Virus record (IMG/VR): IMGVR_UViG_3300025141_012845
Location: 11,719 to 75,718 of that record
Reading direction: 5' to 3' (one strand)
DNA length: 64,000 nt
DNA from: a virus
Below the pieces are notes generated by a model. It made no database searches and was not told the DNA's origin. It saw only the letters and a program-made list of their open reading frames with translations. The first letter of the stretch is position 1, and every line of letters starts with the position of its first letter. Below, piece by piece: positions 1-10,609 of this stretch. The position numbers and the translations under genes were made by a program.

Positions 1-618
1 TGCTTTATTCCACTCTCCTGACGCGGAAAATGCATAGTGGCGACTGATAGGTTTATAGTGATTGAGCGTATTTTTTAAAGCGTGTATATAAGAACCTGAA
101 ACAGTTGTTGCCTTTTGCTTTTGACTAAGCGGATCAAAAATAATAATTTGTTTACTTTCTGACTTGTTGTTTGCATTTGGAAAATCTGCAGGATAATATC
201 TTCTGGCAATAGATGCTGACAAAGGATAACTGAAACTGGCTGTTAATATATCTCCGGGATCCGCTTCGTTTACAGAGGCTGTTGACATTGTCTTAAAGGC
301 TATAGAATCTCCCGTCAAGTGTACAAATGGATGAATCATTGCCTTTACACCGACCTCTGTTGAATAGTTGTAGGTGTGCAAATGTTCGGGCCTGTCGACA
401 TTTAGTTCGTATAAACTGATATCTCCAACAGGAGTGTGTGTGACATTTCCACTGTGATTGAATGCTACTCCGTCGTTTGTTGGAGGTAATAAACTACCTG
501 TATCAAAGGGGGCATTATTGTAAAAAACACTGCCGCTATAAATTATTAAATTTGTTTTTGGGCGCGTTTTTATTCTATTGTAAAAAACATCATTTCTTCC
601 GAATCTGTATAAAGGCAT
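1..618 (-). CDS. Partial virion structural protein (3' end runs off the window; not in the ORF track)
   Basis: I translated it by hand from ATG at 618: MPLYRFGRNDVFYNRIKTRPKTNLIIYSGSVFY..., open to base 1. It starts 15 nt after the upstream stop and carries the same S/T-G/A-S motifs as neighbouring structural genes. Confidence 0.8.
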   Translation of the reverse strand, partial: MPLYRFGRNDVFYNRIKTRPKTNLIIYSGSVFYNNAPFDTGSLLPPTNDGVAFNHSGNVTHTPVGDISLYELNVDRPEHLHTYNYSTEVGVKAMIHPFVHLTGDSIAFKTMSTASVNEADPGDILTASFSYPLSASIARRYYPADFPNANNKSESKQIIIFDPLSQKQKATTVSGSYIHALKNTLNHYKPISRHYAFSASGEWNKA

Positions 619-633
619 CTTCCAACAACCATC

Positions 634-1770
634 TTAAAAGTCCAGTCTAACACGCAAAGTAAGTTCGCTTTCAGGAGTTTTTTTGATGGGCTCGGACAGT
701 TTTGCCACTGCCATAAGTTCGTTTTCTGCAGAATACAACCCAACCGTTGTTACATATGAAACTGGTTGATCCAAGCTGGACTCTTTAACTCTGATTTTGC
801 TCCCGGAAACATACGTTGGGTTAGAACTGTAATTAAACTCATTGTGTCTCATTCTACAAAAGTGAACTGTAGAGTTTAACTCTGTTGTATTATTAAAATC
901 TAAGTTCTTCCATCTGTTTCGAAGACCGTCACAACTTCTTTGAATTGTTGAACCAGTAAGAGTGTCATGTGCAGTTTGGGTTCCGGTCTCAAATTGATCA
1001 CGAAGAATATCTACAGAGGCGGAAAGAATTCCTCTTCCATTCCAACCATCAGCATCACCTGAGTTTATCATGAACGCTGAAGCGGAAAGAACTGCGATTC
1101 CTGCTTGATAGAACAATAGCCCAACTGGGAATGTTATATCTCCTGTGGTGATATTGTCTGCTCCGCTTAGAGGAGTTCCCATACTGTTACTCGCACTTAA
1201 AATTGCATACTCTCCGGCAGGCGAATCAGTGAAATAATCAGTAAGTCCGTTTGTGTCCGCAAGCTTAATTGTTTTTTCAAAGGGTTGAGTAGATGTTGCA
1301 TTCACACCAACCTCAAGACTAAAAGATCCCTTTTTAACTTCATCTTTAGTCAACAATCTTGAGAAGTTAACAAAATAAACTTCTCTCATATTAATCGATT
1401 GTCCAGGAATTTTAAATTCTTTGATTGATCCAGTGATATCGTGACCCATCAATACTTGCGCCATTTGATTATAAAGGTTAATCTTTTTAGCATTTTGCGA
1501 ATTGCCAGAAGCCGAAAGCGCAGATCTTGAACCATATCCGACAGTTAAGTCATAAATATGATTAGCAGAAGAACTTAAATAAGGATAGTCATACACAGAC
1601 TCAAACATTCCGTGAGAGTATGTTTTAATATGCGGTTCGCTGCCAAGAGCGGTTGCTGCAGTTCCGTATGTTCCTGAAACAATCGATCCCGTAAGCGGGA
1701 TTGCTTCATGAAGAAGCGTTTTAGTTGTTACCTTATCTGAAGGGTGGAGATCTTTGAATGTGTTAGCCAT
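634..1770 (-). CDS. Virion structural protein (baseplate/tail-associated)
   Basis: C-terminal YVTTVGLYSAENELMAVAKLSEPIKK...LRVRLDF is typical of large-myophage baseplate-region proteins; located in the structural operon. Confidence 0.65.
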   Translation of the reverse strand: MANTFKDLHPSDKVTTKTLLHEAIPLTGSIVSGTYGTAATALGSEPHIKTYSHGMFESVYDYPYLSSSANHIYDLTVGYGSRSALSASGNSQNAKKINLYNQMAQVLMGHDITGSIKEFKIPGQSINMREVYFVNFSRLLTKDEVKKGSFSLEVGVNATSTQPFEKTIKLADTNGLTDYFTDSPAGEYAILSASNSMGTPLSGADNITTGDITFPVGLLFYQAGIAVLSASAFMINSGDADGWNGRGILSASVDILRDQFETGTQTAHDTLTGSTIQRSCDGLRNRWKNLDFNNTTELNSTVHFCRMRHNEFNYSSNPTYVSGSKIRVKESSLDQPVSYVTTVGLYSAENELMAVAKLSEPIKKTPESELTLRVRLDF

Positions 1771-1781
1771 TATTTTTACCT

Positions 1782-2771
1782 TTATACCATTTTAACGAAT
1801 CTAACAGGAATGTCAATTCTTGCGCCCGTTGTTTGTCCCGTTACTCTTACAACAGTGTCAATGTACTTTACAGATTGAACAGTCGAACTAGCATCCGAAG
1901 AGCGAGTCCAATTGCCTGACGCTCCAAGTTTATCAAACAGGAAGTCACTTTGTTGAAGATCTATAGAGGACAATATCTTAAATTCAAGTTTTGTACCGCG
2001 TGGCCCTTTGATAACAGACTCGCTCTTATCAGCAGAACTTGTATCCGTCGTCAGGTCTCCTATTAAAGTTCCTGTTGAGGTAGAGCCTGCTGAAATATAA
2101 TAGTGGTGAATGTTGTCGTCGTCAAGAAAACTAAACGGCACTACTTGTGGGTTGTCTGAAGATTTAGTTGCAACTTTGCCAAGTCTAGCATCGATTTCAA
2201 TCTTATACTGATTCTCATACAAATCAAAAGACTTAAGTGGGACTGTTGGATCAATCTCGTTTGTGTCCAGTCCCTGATCAATTCGTATAATTGAACCTCC
2301 GTTTCCGGTGGTTCCTCTGAGAACTCCATTAGAGTTTGCAAATAATCCGGGGTTACTAGACAATGTTTCTTTTTCTGAAGTGTCTGCGTCAACAAGAACA
2401 ACAAACTTGTTGTCACCGCCGCCAACCAATGCTTGATTGCTTGTGCTGTTGCGGGCGTTGTCTGAATGCGCTGTCTCGTTCAGTCGTAAAACTGGGAGAT
2501 ATAGTAAATCGGGATTCTTGATCATTAACAACTTATGCTTCATCATTGATGTGTTATTTGTGAAAGCTTCTAATATTGGGGTCTGCAAAAGATCTAGATC
2601 GTAATATGCGCTTCCATTCGCATGATCCTTATTATAAAGTTCATAATTAATCTCATCGTCTCCCAATGAAAACTTTGCAATATTAAAACTTCCCTCAGCC
2701 ATTCTCTTTCTTCCGAAGTCGGTTAAAACAGCGTCTAAGATGATATCGCCAGAATTGTCTAAGAATCCCAT
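1782..2771 (-). CDS. Conserved virion structural protein
   Basis: N-terminal MGFLDNSGDIILDAVLTDFGRKRMA...FSLGDDEINY motif; AGGAG ribosome-binding site at 2781-2785; structural context. Confidence 0.65.
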   Translation of the reverse strand: MGFLDNSGDIILDAVLTDFGRKRMAEGSFNIAKFSLGDDEINYELYNKDHANGSAYYDLDLLQTPILEAFTNNTSMMKHKLLMIKNPDLLYLPVLRLNETAHSDNARNSTSNQALVGGGDNKFVVLVDADTSEKETLSSNPGLFANSNGVLRGTTGNGGSIIRIDQGLDTNEIDPTVPLKSFDLYENQYKIEIDARLGKVATKSSDNPQVVPFSFLDDDNIHHYYISAGSTSTGTLIGDLTTDTSSADKSESVIKGPRGTKLEFKILSSIDLQQSDFLFDKLGASGNWTRSSDASSTVQSVKYIDTVVRVTGQTTGARIDIPVRFVKMV

Positions 2772-2796
2772 ATTTTTTTTCTCCTAATTCTTTGTT

Positions 2797-2806
2797 TATA
2801 AATAGT
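2797..2806 (-). promoter_or_regulatory. Putative late-promoter motif ACTATTTATA
   Basis: Intergenic, 25 nt upstream of the ATG at 2771; variants recur upstream of other genes. Confidence 0.5.
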
Positions 2807-2849
2807 TTTGTTTAGTAAAATAGCTCATTTCCTAAAATTTATTACTCTA

Positions 2850-5800
2850 TCAGCACTCTTCCTCATCAGGATCTTGAGTAGTTGTTATATCAGTTCCCGT
2901 CAAATCAGGTGGTATAATTTTGCTGGTCATTGGGTCTTCTACTATCTCCGCCATACTCTCCCAAATGATGTCTTCCTCTGGTGTTTTGTTATGATTGTGG
3001 CTAAATCTAAGAATGAAATCCATCTTTCTGCCAGTTGATTTAGACGTCAGTCTAACCTTAAACTTCCTAAAAGTATCGTCTCTGAATAAAGACTCTTCTG
3101 TTAGCCCGATTGGGACATTGTAAGAGTCGGGTGCTCTTCCGCGAGTAACGTGTCCAGTAGAGGTCCTTTTCTTTCCTTGTGGGCCATATGCCCAATTATC
3201 AAAAACACCAGCAGTGTTTTCGTCCAACACTGATTGTTCATATGTGGGCCTAACCTGTAAGAGTTTTCTCATTGGCTTGGTAAAAGTTTCTTTTGGATCC
3301 TGAAATTCAAATATTTTGGTTGCCAAATACACCGCTCCGGAGTTGTTTACTAACTCAATTTCATATATGCTAGTCGGATTAGACATATTGCCTCTGCTAT
3401 CTTTGGCTCTAAAAATATAATAATATTTCTTATTTGGAACAATGTTCTCAAAGTGCCCAATCGAAGACGCACCATCTAAAGGAATCTCTTTATAATAGTT
3501 TCCGTCTACAGAGTTATCATAAGTCGCCTTTCCGAAATCCATATAACTTGTAGGCTTGTATCCTAGTCTGAAAACCTCATATGAAACTGGGATGTCGTCT
3601 GTTTTATATATTAGAGGAAAGTTGTTTTGTATTAAAACTCCAATTTTGGCTTTTAGTTGTAGTACAGGGTTTCCAATACTGGATGCTTGTGCATATTTTT
3701 GTTCAATAAGGGTCTTTTCTTTAGTGGATATGTTCATGCTACTAAGTTCTTCATCAAAATCAAGAATCTTTGCATTAATATATTGATGAATATATTGTGG
3801 AACTGGGTCTTCTTCAGGGCGTTGCGTAGAACTGAAAATATTTATAGGCTTTTGTTTAGAGGTCAGTGAACCCTCTCTGAGGTTGAAGAGAAATTGCCTA
3901 TCATTATTCTTAAACGGAATAGGCTCAACCTCTGGCGGTGTCGGATTGAGATCGACAACCTTTATAAATGGTGTTTCAAAATAGGGTAGTTCAACAATTA
4001 AAGGATCGGGAACCGACTCAACTTCTACTCTCAAAGAAAAAGGTCCTGGTTTTGGTGGTACGCCAGGTCCATCTCCTGGACTAAAGCCTCCTCCTCCAAG
4101 ACTTACGCCTCTCATTTTATAAGCATATCTTGTGCCAACAATCAACTGTAGTGCCGTAACTACATATTTGTACCCTACTCCGTACTTGACTTGCGAATCA
4201 ACATAGTTGAAAACTTCTTTGCTGCCACTATTAAGAAATAAAATTCTTTTTTTGACCTTCTGTTCATCATCGCTGACACCTTCTCTGATTTTCTCTATAA
4301 CATATCCTATTGTTTCGCTGTGGGCTAGTTTTCCGTCTAATATTTCTGAAAAACTTCTAGTTTTAGAATATAAAGGTTGTAACCCGTGCATTATCCAATC
4401 TCTTATGTGCTCATTTTGATCAGCACCAGATGGGCCAACAGGAGTTGCTACTCCATCGACTCCGTGTATAAACTTTAAAAACGGCATATAATGTTCTTCG
4501 CTATAATCTTTAAAGAAGGTTGTATAATTTGCGTCAGGGGCATCAGATCCCTCACTATTTGAGCTTCCTTCGTCTAATAAAAGATCTTTAGGCCTTCTCA
4601 AAGAAGGGTCATTAACATCTAAAATGGTTGGGTTTGCTGGGTCTTCAATTTCTTGTCCTGGGAAGTTCCCAACAAGAATAGTCTTCGGCAGATAGTAGTT
4701 ATACAAAAACCCGCCACATACAAACAGGTTTCTTGCGAATCTTGTTAAATTAAGAGTGTCGCGAGCCACATACTTTGCTTCTTCTAACTCATCAGGCATT
4801 AAACCATCTGTCATCACCAGTGGTGTCACCGTCCAATCATCATGAACTTGTTTTATATACTGTGAAGATTCATTTAAAGATCTAAAATAGGATGGCCTAT
4901 CTGGCTTTTCCTGCTTGGCCTCCATAATTCTCTTTACTATTGAATATTCTGGTGAATATTCCAAATCCTTAACCTTTGTAACATCTATTTCGATGAGTTG
5001 TTTGCTCAGTCCTGCTACGCCCACTTCTGCTACACCTGGTACTGTATATTCTCTAGACCCTCCGAAAAATAATGGTTTTAGACTTCCTGCGTAGGCTGGC
5101 TCAGTGTAGAAACTAATTTTATTATAGAAGGGGTACATTGTTATGTTTGCAGGGTTGTCCTCCATTACCCGGATACTTTCATCTAGTAAGATGGTGTTCT
5201 TAAAGTGATCAAGAGGGGTAATTCCGCCTGACCAAAATGGGTGGTCGGCAGCAGTACCTGATACATACTTTGCCCACTTTTGGTGGTAATTTTCAGTTTT
5301 CGCTTCGCCAGCCTTTAAAAACTTTATTCCAGACCCGGCGTAACCCTCACCCATTGGCACGGCTTCATACGAAAACTGATCTACAAAAACATCAAGTTTG
5401 CCAGCTAGTGTAACAAATTGGTGATAGTTTTTTTCAGTTGGAAGAAACTCGGGGTTGTCAAAAGTTATCTTATCGAAGGTGTTGACTTCCATTGAAATCG
5501 CATGATGATCAGGCAGAGTGTGTTCTGGTATATAATCTGGCTTTATAGCCTCCTCGTATGATTCGAGCTTGTTTTGAAAAATTGGAGAAGTGTGAAAGCC
5601 TATAACGTCTTCCGGATGAGAATCTGGTCTTATATACCTCGATACATAATCGTAATATTCTCTTTCTAGTTTTTCATCTTTAGCGATTATCTCAGAGGCT
5701 TTTTGGAAGACCCCTTTGATCTGTACAAGATGCTCCGGAAGGGTTTGATTGTTTGGATATCTTATTTCAAGTATCTCTCTTATAGGCTTTCCCTTTGTAT

Positions 5801-6476
5801 AAGGAGAGGACTGTGGCGAATTGTAGAATCTACTAATCCTCCAGACACTGTTTACATCTGCAACCAAATCATTCTGCTTTTTCTGAACCACCGGAGTGAG
5901 TGGACTTTGTCCATAGTAGATGTCTCCAAGATACCAAGAATTCTTGTGATGTATGAGTTGGTAGTTAAAATACTGTCCATAAAAAGCGCGGTCAATATAA
6001 TCGTCAATCGGACCCATTGAGCCGTCTGTGGAAAACGCCTTCCCGATGTCGCTCATAAGAGCAATTCTTTCAAATCCGTAGCCTTTAGCCTTAAAATCAT
6101 TAATGCTTTTTAAAAACTTTATTTGCCCGCCATGGTCGGTAACTTCGTTCGCCCAGATTCTACCAAGAAATAATCTAACAAAATCCGATAAAGGTTCTGG
6201 TCCCAGCGTCCCCCACGAATCAGTTAAGGCTCTTTGCCAAACAAGATGTCCTCCAACTTCTGATTTATAAAACTTTGCTATGTCTAAGATACCGGATATG
6301 TATGGTGAATACGTATCTTTATTTCCAAAAACAGAAGCCTCTCTATTAAAAATATGATATTTTCCCTGTAAGATAGGCCCATAGTTGGATAGAAAACCGA
6401 AATCACCGCCTTTGGTAGTTTGGCCAACCGCAGGGTTAGGATTAAATAATCTTTTTTTATCTATAATATTAGCCAT
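2850..6476 (-). CDS. Large hypothetical protein, probably structural
   Basis: 1208-aa ORF in the structural operon; FN3/Ig-like-looking C-terminal segment (KKYYYIFRAKDSRGNMSNPT). Confidence 0.55.
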   Translation of the reverse strand: MANIIDKKRLFNPNPAVGQTTKGGDFGFLSNYGPILQGKYHIFNREASVFGNKDTYSPYISGILDIAKFYKSEVGGHLVWQRALTDSWGTLGPEPLSDFVRLFLGRIWANEVTDHGGQIKFLKSINDFKAKGYGFERIALMSDIGKAFSTDGSMGPIDDYIDRAFYGQYFNYQLIHHKNSWYLGDIYYGQSPLTPVVQKKQNDLVADVNSVWRISRFYNSPQSSPYTKGKPIREILEIRYPNNQTLPEHLVQIKGVFQKASEIIAKDEKLEREYYDYVSRYIRPDSHPEDVIGFHTSPIFQNKLESYEEAIKPDYIPEHTLPDHHAISMEVNTFDKITFDNPEFLPTEKNYHQFVTLAGKLDVFVDQFSYEAVPMGEGYAGSGIKFLKAGEAKTENYHQKWAKYVSGTAADHPFWSGGITPLDHFKNTILLDESIRVMEDNPANITMYPFYNKISFYTEPAYAGSLKPLFFGGSREYTVPGVAEVGVAGLSKQLIEIDVTKVKDLEYSPEYSIVKRIMEAKQEKPDRPSYFRSLNESSQYIKQVHDDWTVTPLVMTDGLMPDELEEAKYVARDTLNLTRFARNLFVCGGFLYNYYLPKTILVGNFPGQEIEDPANPTILDVNDPSLRRPKDLLLDEGSSNSEGSDAPDANYTTFFKDYSEEHYMPFLKFIHGVDGVATPVGPSGADQNEHIRDWIMHGLQPLYSKTRSFSEILDGKLAHSETIGYVIEKIREGVSDDEQKVKKRILFLNSGSKEVFNYVDSQVKYGVGYKYVVTALQLIVGTRYAYKMRGVSLGGGGFSPGDGPGVPPKPGPFSLRVEVESVPDPLIVELPYFETPFIKVVDLNPTPPEVEPIPFKNNDRQFLFNLREGSLTSKQKPINIFSSTQRPEEDPVPQYIHQYINAKILDFDEELSSMNISTKEKTLIEQKYAQASSIGNPVLQLKAKIGVLIQNNFPLIYKTDDIPVSYEVFRLGYKPTSYMDFGKATYDNSVDGNYYKEIPLDGASSIGHFENIVPNKKYYYIFRAKDSRGNMSNPTSIYEIELVNNSGAVYLATKIFEFQDPKETFTKPMRKLLQVRPTYEQSVLDENTAGVFDNWAYGPQGKKRTSTGHVTRGRAPDSYNVPIGLTEESLFRDDTFRKFKVRLTSKSTGRKMDFILRFSHNHNKTPEEDIIWESMAEIVEDPMTSKIIPPDLTGTDITTTQDPDEEEC

Positions 6477-6486
6477 TTATTAGTCC

Positions 6487-9483
6487 TTAATAAGAAGTGG
6501 TAGTCATTGTTGCTGCGCCCTGCGTTGCTCCTGCCGTTGTCGTTGGCGTTCCAGAAGGAGTCAAAAGAAAGTACTGATTATATACAGGATAGTCAAGCTG
6601 ATTTATGCTAGGCCTGCCCATCTTTTTATTAGTCTCCTTTATAATCCTGCACAGATAAGTATTTGTATCATTTAATATACTATCAGTTAAGGGCTCAAAA
6701 ATAGGCCGTTTTATTTGAGCCCCTTCTGTTCCTTGTTCATAGCCAGTCATAACCTCAACTTTATATAAATTTATAAAATTTTGATAAAACCAGCCAAAGT
6801 TTCCTTGATCCCCTGAATAATTCAAGATATTAGTGCCACTCTCTGTAGAGTTTGCAATTATTAAAGCCTTGGTTTGTGGCGGTAAAGTGTTTAAAGTTGT
6901 ATCATCCGGTGGGCAATGGGTTGCGATGCGTATTCCGCTAGATCGATTTCGAAGATCATAGTATGTCCTCTCAGTATAGCGATTGATTTTTTCAGTTGCA
7001 TTGCTTATGGTTGCTATATCTTTTATCTTATCTGCCACAATACTATACTTTTCTTTCTTGTCGTTTAATCTCAAAACGTTTCCAGCATCGAGTCCTTTAA
7101 TTGGTGCTTTTTCATCAACTTCTGAAATTAGATTGTCAGTTTTCTTTGATTTCTTTCTTTTTGGATAGAAATTAAAAGAGGAATCATTCGACGCGGTTTT
7201 CTTTGAAGACCTTATTTTCTCTAAAGAGTTATAATCTGAAATCTTCGCAACAATCTTATTTTGTTCCCTTAATTCACTTGTGTCCTTTGGGATGTGAGAA
7301 CAATCTACTTCGTCTTTTTTCCCAAAGGAAACCTTTAAAGGGCTAAAATATTGATTACTGGGAGATGCGGCAATCTCTATCTCATCAACAATTGCGCTTG
7401 TTGGTAACTCCCTGAAATATTTGTTAAATTCGTTACCTCTTCTTTCTTTAAATTTAGTTTTAGACACCGATGCTAATGATAGCCTTCCAGATTCAAAGAA
7501 ATCAAAGACCCTTTGTCCGCAATTCTCTTCTGAATTGGCATTGTATATGGTCTCAAACGTCTTATCAATCCTTAGAAGACGAGCACTACCTTGCGCAAAT
7601 GTTTCGTTTGCTGGTCTAACCGTATTTTTTAAGCTCTTGTTTGTAGGTCCCGACCTTAATGAATCATAATCTTTTTCGAGGATATGAATGTTATCTCCCA
7701 CAATTGATAAAAATTCGTTAATTAACGATGGAGAACTTTTTCTCGGATGGATCATTCTATAGAGATCTTGCCATGGAAGATTCCTTCTATTAGAGTGTGT
7801 TAGAAATGAAACATGTTTTACATATTCTTTTAACGCAGAGGTTATATTGGCTTTCATTTTGTTTTCAAACTCAATCACGAAATCTTCATCAAACTTTTTT
7901 GCTACTTGATTATATCTTTTCTGCGAGGCTCTTAAATAATAATCTTTAAAAACACCATGCAAATTTTGAACTTTATGCAGTGTCTCTTTCAACATGTCAA
8001 CTGTTGGGTCCAGCATTTCTAGTGAAACAGTGTAAGAAAAAGTACCCTGCAGGTCTCCAGCACTTGAAATGTCAATTCCGCTAAAATATCGCACACCAAT
8101 AGGATTAAACACACCGAAGACAGTCTCACTTATACTGCCCTTTTCTACTAAAGTGTCTGGTATGTTTGGCCCTATTTTATCTTTTCTTTTGAGTGTTCTC
8201 TCATAGTATGTTCGCGGGATCAGCCTACCTCCCTCGTTTTCGCTTTGAGTCTCTGCAACAACTTGAGGAGACGATCTTTCGAAGCCCTCTCTTTTTTTCA
8301 CAACCTTTAGACTAGAAATGTTAATTTTGTTTGAGATACTCTGTAGGCTTTGGGGATCTTTTAAGATCGCCGGATAAGCACAATTGTTCTTTAAATATGT
8401 CAAGGTATCCAATCCAAATAAGAATCTAGCCTTCTCATCAGAATCTCTAGAGATAAAGATATCAGTAAAATATGGAATCTTCTCTCGTTTTGAACTTATA
8501 AACCCGCTGGGTGTTTTATAACTTGTTTCACCGACCGTATCCTTTAAAGACCTGGTATCTATAACTTCTCTTACCGGCAAGGTCTGTTCTACAAATGGAA
8601 GCTCTGCTTCTAACAAAAGCCCACTAGACGTTATATAACGCCCATCTTGTGTTCGCTCAACAATATCTGTTGGAAGATTATTTTGAGTTGTATAGTATTT
8701 TTTACTCGTAACAATTTTACCTCCCTGCAGGATATTCTTTTTTAATAAAAAATCTACTTCTGGTACATCGTTTTCTTTATCGCGTCGAGAACTAAAAGGC
8801 ACCAGGAACATTGTTAAATTAGTATCAACAGGGAGATCTTTAAATGTAGCCGAGATTGGTATTAAATATTTAGAACCGCCAGCACTATCCTGAAAACGAG
8901 GTAAGTCATCAACTGAATTTACTATAGATGGATCTATTTTAGCGATCAAGACTCTTCTTTTCTCAGGATTATATGCAAGCCTGTGTACGTGAGGCGGAGC
9001 GCCTTCGGCTCCATACAAGTCTTGACAATTTGGATAACACTCACTTTTTGCTGATTTTATATTATATTCTTGTACTTTATGCACATGGTTTATCATTGGC
9101 TCCGAAGGGTGATATGCTTTTTGAGTCATACCAGTACCTTTATAGTCCAACATATATTCATGTCTGTGTCCTGCATTTTCAGTTGTCACACCATACATGA
9201 TGTTCGAATCCTTATCTCCTCTGTTTATCCATAAATCTTTTATAAGCATATGTCTTGGCAAAGACAGTGAGTTATTTATAAATTGCGGTTGTGTGCTCAA
9301 TGCTATAAAAAAGTTCGCAGAACTTATGTCTCTTAAGTTTCTTGCAAAGTTTGCTGCTGGTAATCTTGAGAATGCTTTTGGTATACTGACCTCAGCATCA
9401 AACTCAATTTGAAGATCCATTTTTCTTTCAGATGAATCTTTTAGATAGAACCTAAAATTTACTAGACGTGGTAACATTAGCAA
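6487..9483 (-). CDS. Large hypothetical protein with a His-rich (HxH x3) insert
   Basis: 998-aa ORF; GHRHEY, NHVHKV, CYPNC and PHVHRL within about aa 105-170. Confidence 0.55.
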   Translation of the reverse strand: MLMLPRLVNFRFYLKDSSERKMDLQIEFDAEVSIPKAFSRLPAANFARNLRDISSANFFIALSTQPQFINNSLSLPRHMLIKDLWINRGDKDSNIMYGVTTENAGHRHEYMLDYKGTGMTQKAYHPSEPMINHVHKVQEYNIKSAKSECYPNCQDLYGAEGAPPHVHRLAYNPEKRRVLIAKIDPSIVNSVDDLPRFQDSAGGSKYLIPISATFKDLPVDTNLTMFLVPFSSRRDKENDVPEVDFLLKKNILQGGKIVTSKKYYTTQNNLPTDIVERTQDGRYITSSGLLLEAELPFVEQTLPVREVIDTRSLKDTVGETSYKTPSGFISSKREKIPYFTDIFISRDSDEKARFLFGLDTLTYLKNNCAYPAILKDPQSLQSISNKINISSLKVVKKREGFERSSPQVVAETQSENEGGRLIPRTYYERTLKRKDKIGPNIPDTLVEKGSISETVFGVFNPIGVRYFSGIDISSAGDLQGTFSYTVSLEMLDPTVDMLKETLHKVQNLHGVFKDYYLRASQKRYNQVAKKFDEDFVIEFENKMKANITSALKEYVKHVSFLTHSNRRNLPWQDLYRMIHPRKSSPSLINEFLSIVGDNIHILEKDYDSLRSGPTNKSLKNTVRPANETFAQGSARLLRIDKTFETIYNANSEENCGQRVFDFFESGRLSLASVSKTKFKERRGNEFNKYFRELPTSAIVDEIEIAASPSNQYFSPLKVSFGKKDEVDCSHIPKDTSELREQNKIVAKISDYNSLEKIRSSKKTASNDSSFNFYPKRKKSKKTDNLISEVDEKAPIKGLDAGNVLRLNDKKEKYSIVADKIKDIATISNATEKINRYTERTYYDLRNRSSGIRIATHCPPDDTTLNTLPPQTKALIIANSTESGTNILNYSGDQGNFGWFYQNFINLYKVEVMTGYEQGTEGAQIKRPIFEPLTDSILNDTNTYLCRIIKETNKKMGRPSINQLDYPVYNQYFLLTPSGTPTTTAGATQGAATMTTTSY

Positions 9484-10553
9484 GGCTCCTCAGTGTCGTC
9501 TGATGTTGCATATATATCTTTTGATTTTACATTTGGTAGTTTCGTATCACAAGCAATTATCCTGTCATTTAATCTATTTCTTTTCTTGTCGAAACTTTCC
9601 GCAAGATCCGATGCACAAATTATATCTTCAGTTATTTCCTCATCCACATAAATGTCAACCCAGTACTCAACATGTTCTGGTGTGATTTCGCTATGGATGT
9701 TTGGATCATAAAAAGCCAACGGTTTATACCCTTTACTTATAAGGTAGGTTTCTGGTGCTGCAGCATCTCCTGTGTTTACTGTGAGATTTACATGCTCTTC
9801 AATTAAAAATTCAATATCGAAATTCTCTCTTAAAAAGTCAACATTCTCTTCCAGAACTTCCACAAGCATATAATCGTTCTTAACCTGCATTACTGAGCCG
9901 TCTTGATATGGGCCTCCTGGTGGAGTGTGCCCTTGTGAGAAAAAATCAGCCATCGCTTCCGCAGCGTTTTCTGCTCCGTCCAAATCAATCTCATTATAAT
10001 CAAGGCCATAATTGATGCTATCAACATCTTTTTCCATATAGTTTTTAGTCAACTCGCCTGTGTTGGGATTGATATAGGTTACATAGGATTGGTTCTCTAT
10101 CGTCGTGGTAAGTTGTGGTATTCTAACTATATGTTTTCTGTTGTTCGCAGAATATTCATAATAGTCATAAGAAGAGAGAAGGCTATTATTATAATATGTT
10201 ACCTTCCAAGAAGGGTGATACTGAGAAGATACCGCAGAGTTTCCCATTGGTTCTGGTAAATACTCATCCCTTATTATGATTTTTTGTTGAGGATTGTAAT
10301 AATTTACCTGCTTTGTCCTTTGTTCTTCAAGTCCTCTAAAGTTGTGTTGCGACTTTATTCTTGGTATCTCTTCTATTCTGTTCTCGCTTTCATTTTGTTT
10401 TTCAAGGACGCCGCCTGATTCGGAATCATATGTGATATCATCATCAAAAAAAGCATAGTAAACCGGTTTAAACTTCCCCAAAGACAGCAGTCTCTTGCCG
10501 TCCTGTGTCAGTTTGACATCTAATACTTCTTCTTTTCTATTAAAAAATTCCAT
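9477..10553 (-). CDS. Virion structural protein, N-terminus paralogous to 1782..2771
   Basis: MEFFNRKEEVLDVKLTQDGKRLLSLGKFKPVYYAFFDDDITYD aligns with the N-terminus of the 329-aa protein. Confidence 0.6.
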   Translation of the reverse strand: MEFFNRKEEVLDVKLTQDGKRLLSLGKFKPVYYAFFDDDITYDSESGGVLEKQNESENRIEEIPRIKSQHNFRGLEEQRTKQVNYYNPQQKIIIRDEYLPEPMGNSAVSSQYHPSWKVTYYNNSLLSSYDYYEYSANNRKHIVRIPQLTTTIENQSYVTYINPNTGELTKNYMEKDVDSINYGLDYNEIDLDGAENAAEAMADFFSQGHTPPGGPYQDGSVMQVKNDYMLVEVLEENVDFLRENFDIEFLIEEHVNLTVNTGDAAAPETYLISKGYKPLAFYDPNIHSEITPEHVEYWVDIYVDEEITEDIICASDLAESFDKKRNRLNDRIIACDTKLPNVKSKDIYATSDDTEEPC

Positions 10554-10609
10554 TTCTACCAGTAATTATCCCAATTTGCTAAATTTCAGCCCATAAAGGC
10601 TCCCTGTAA

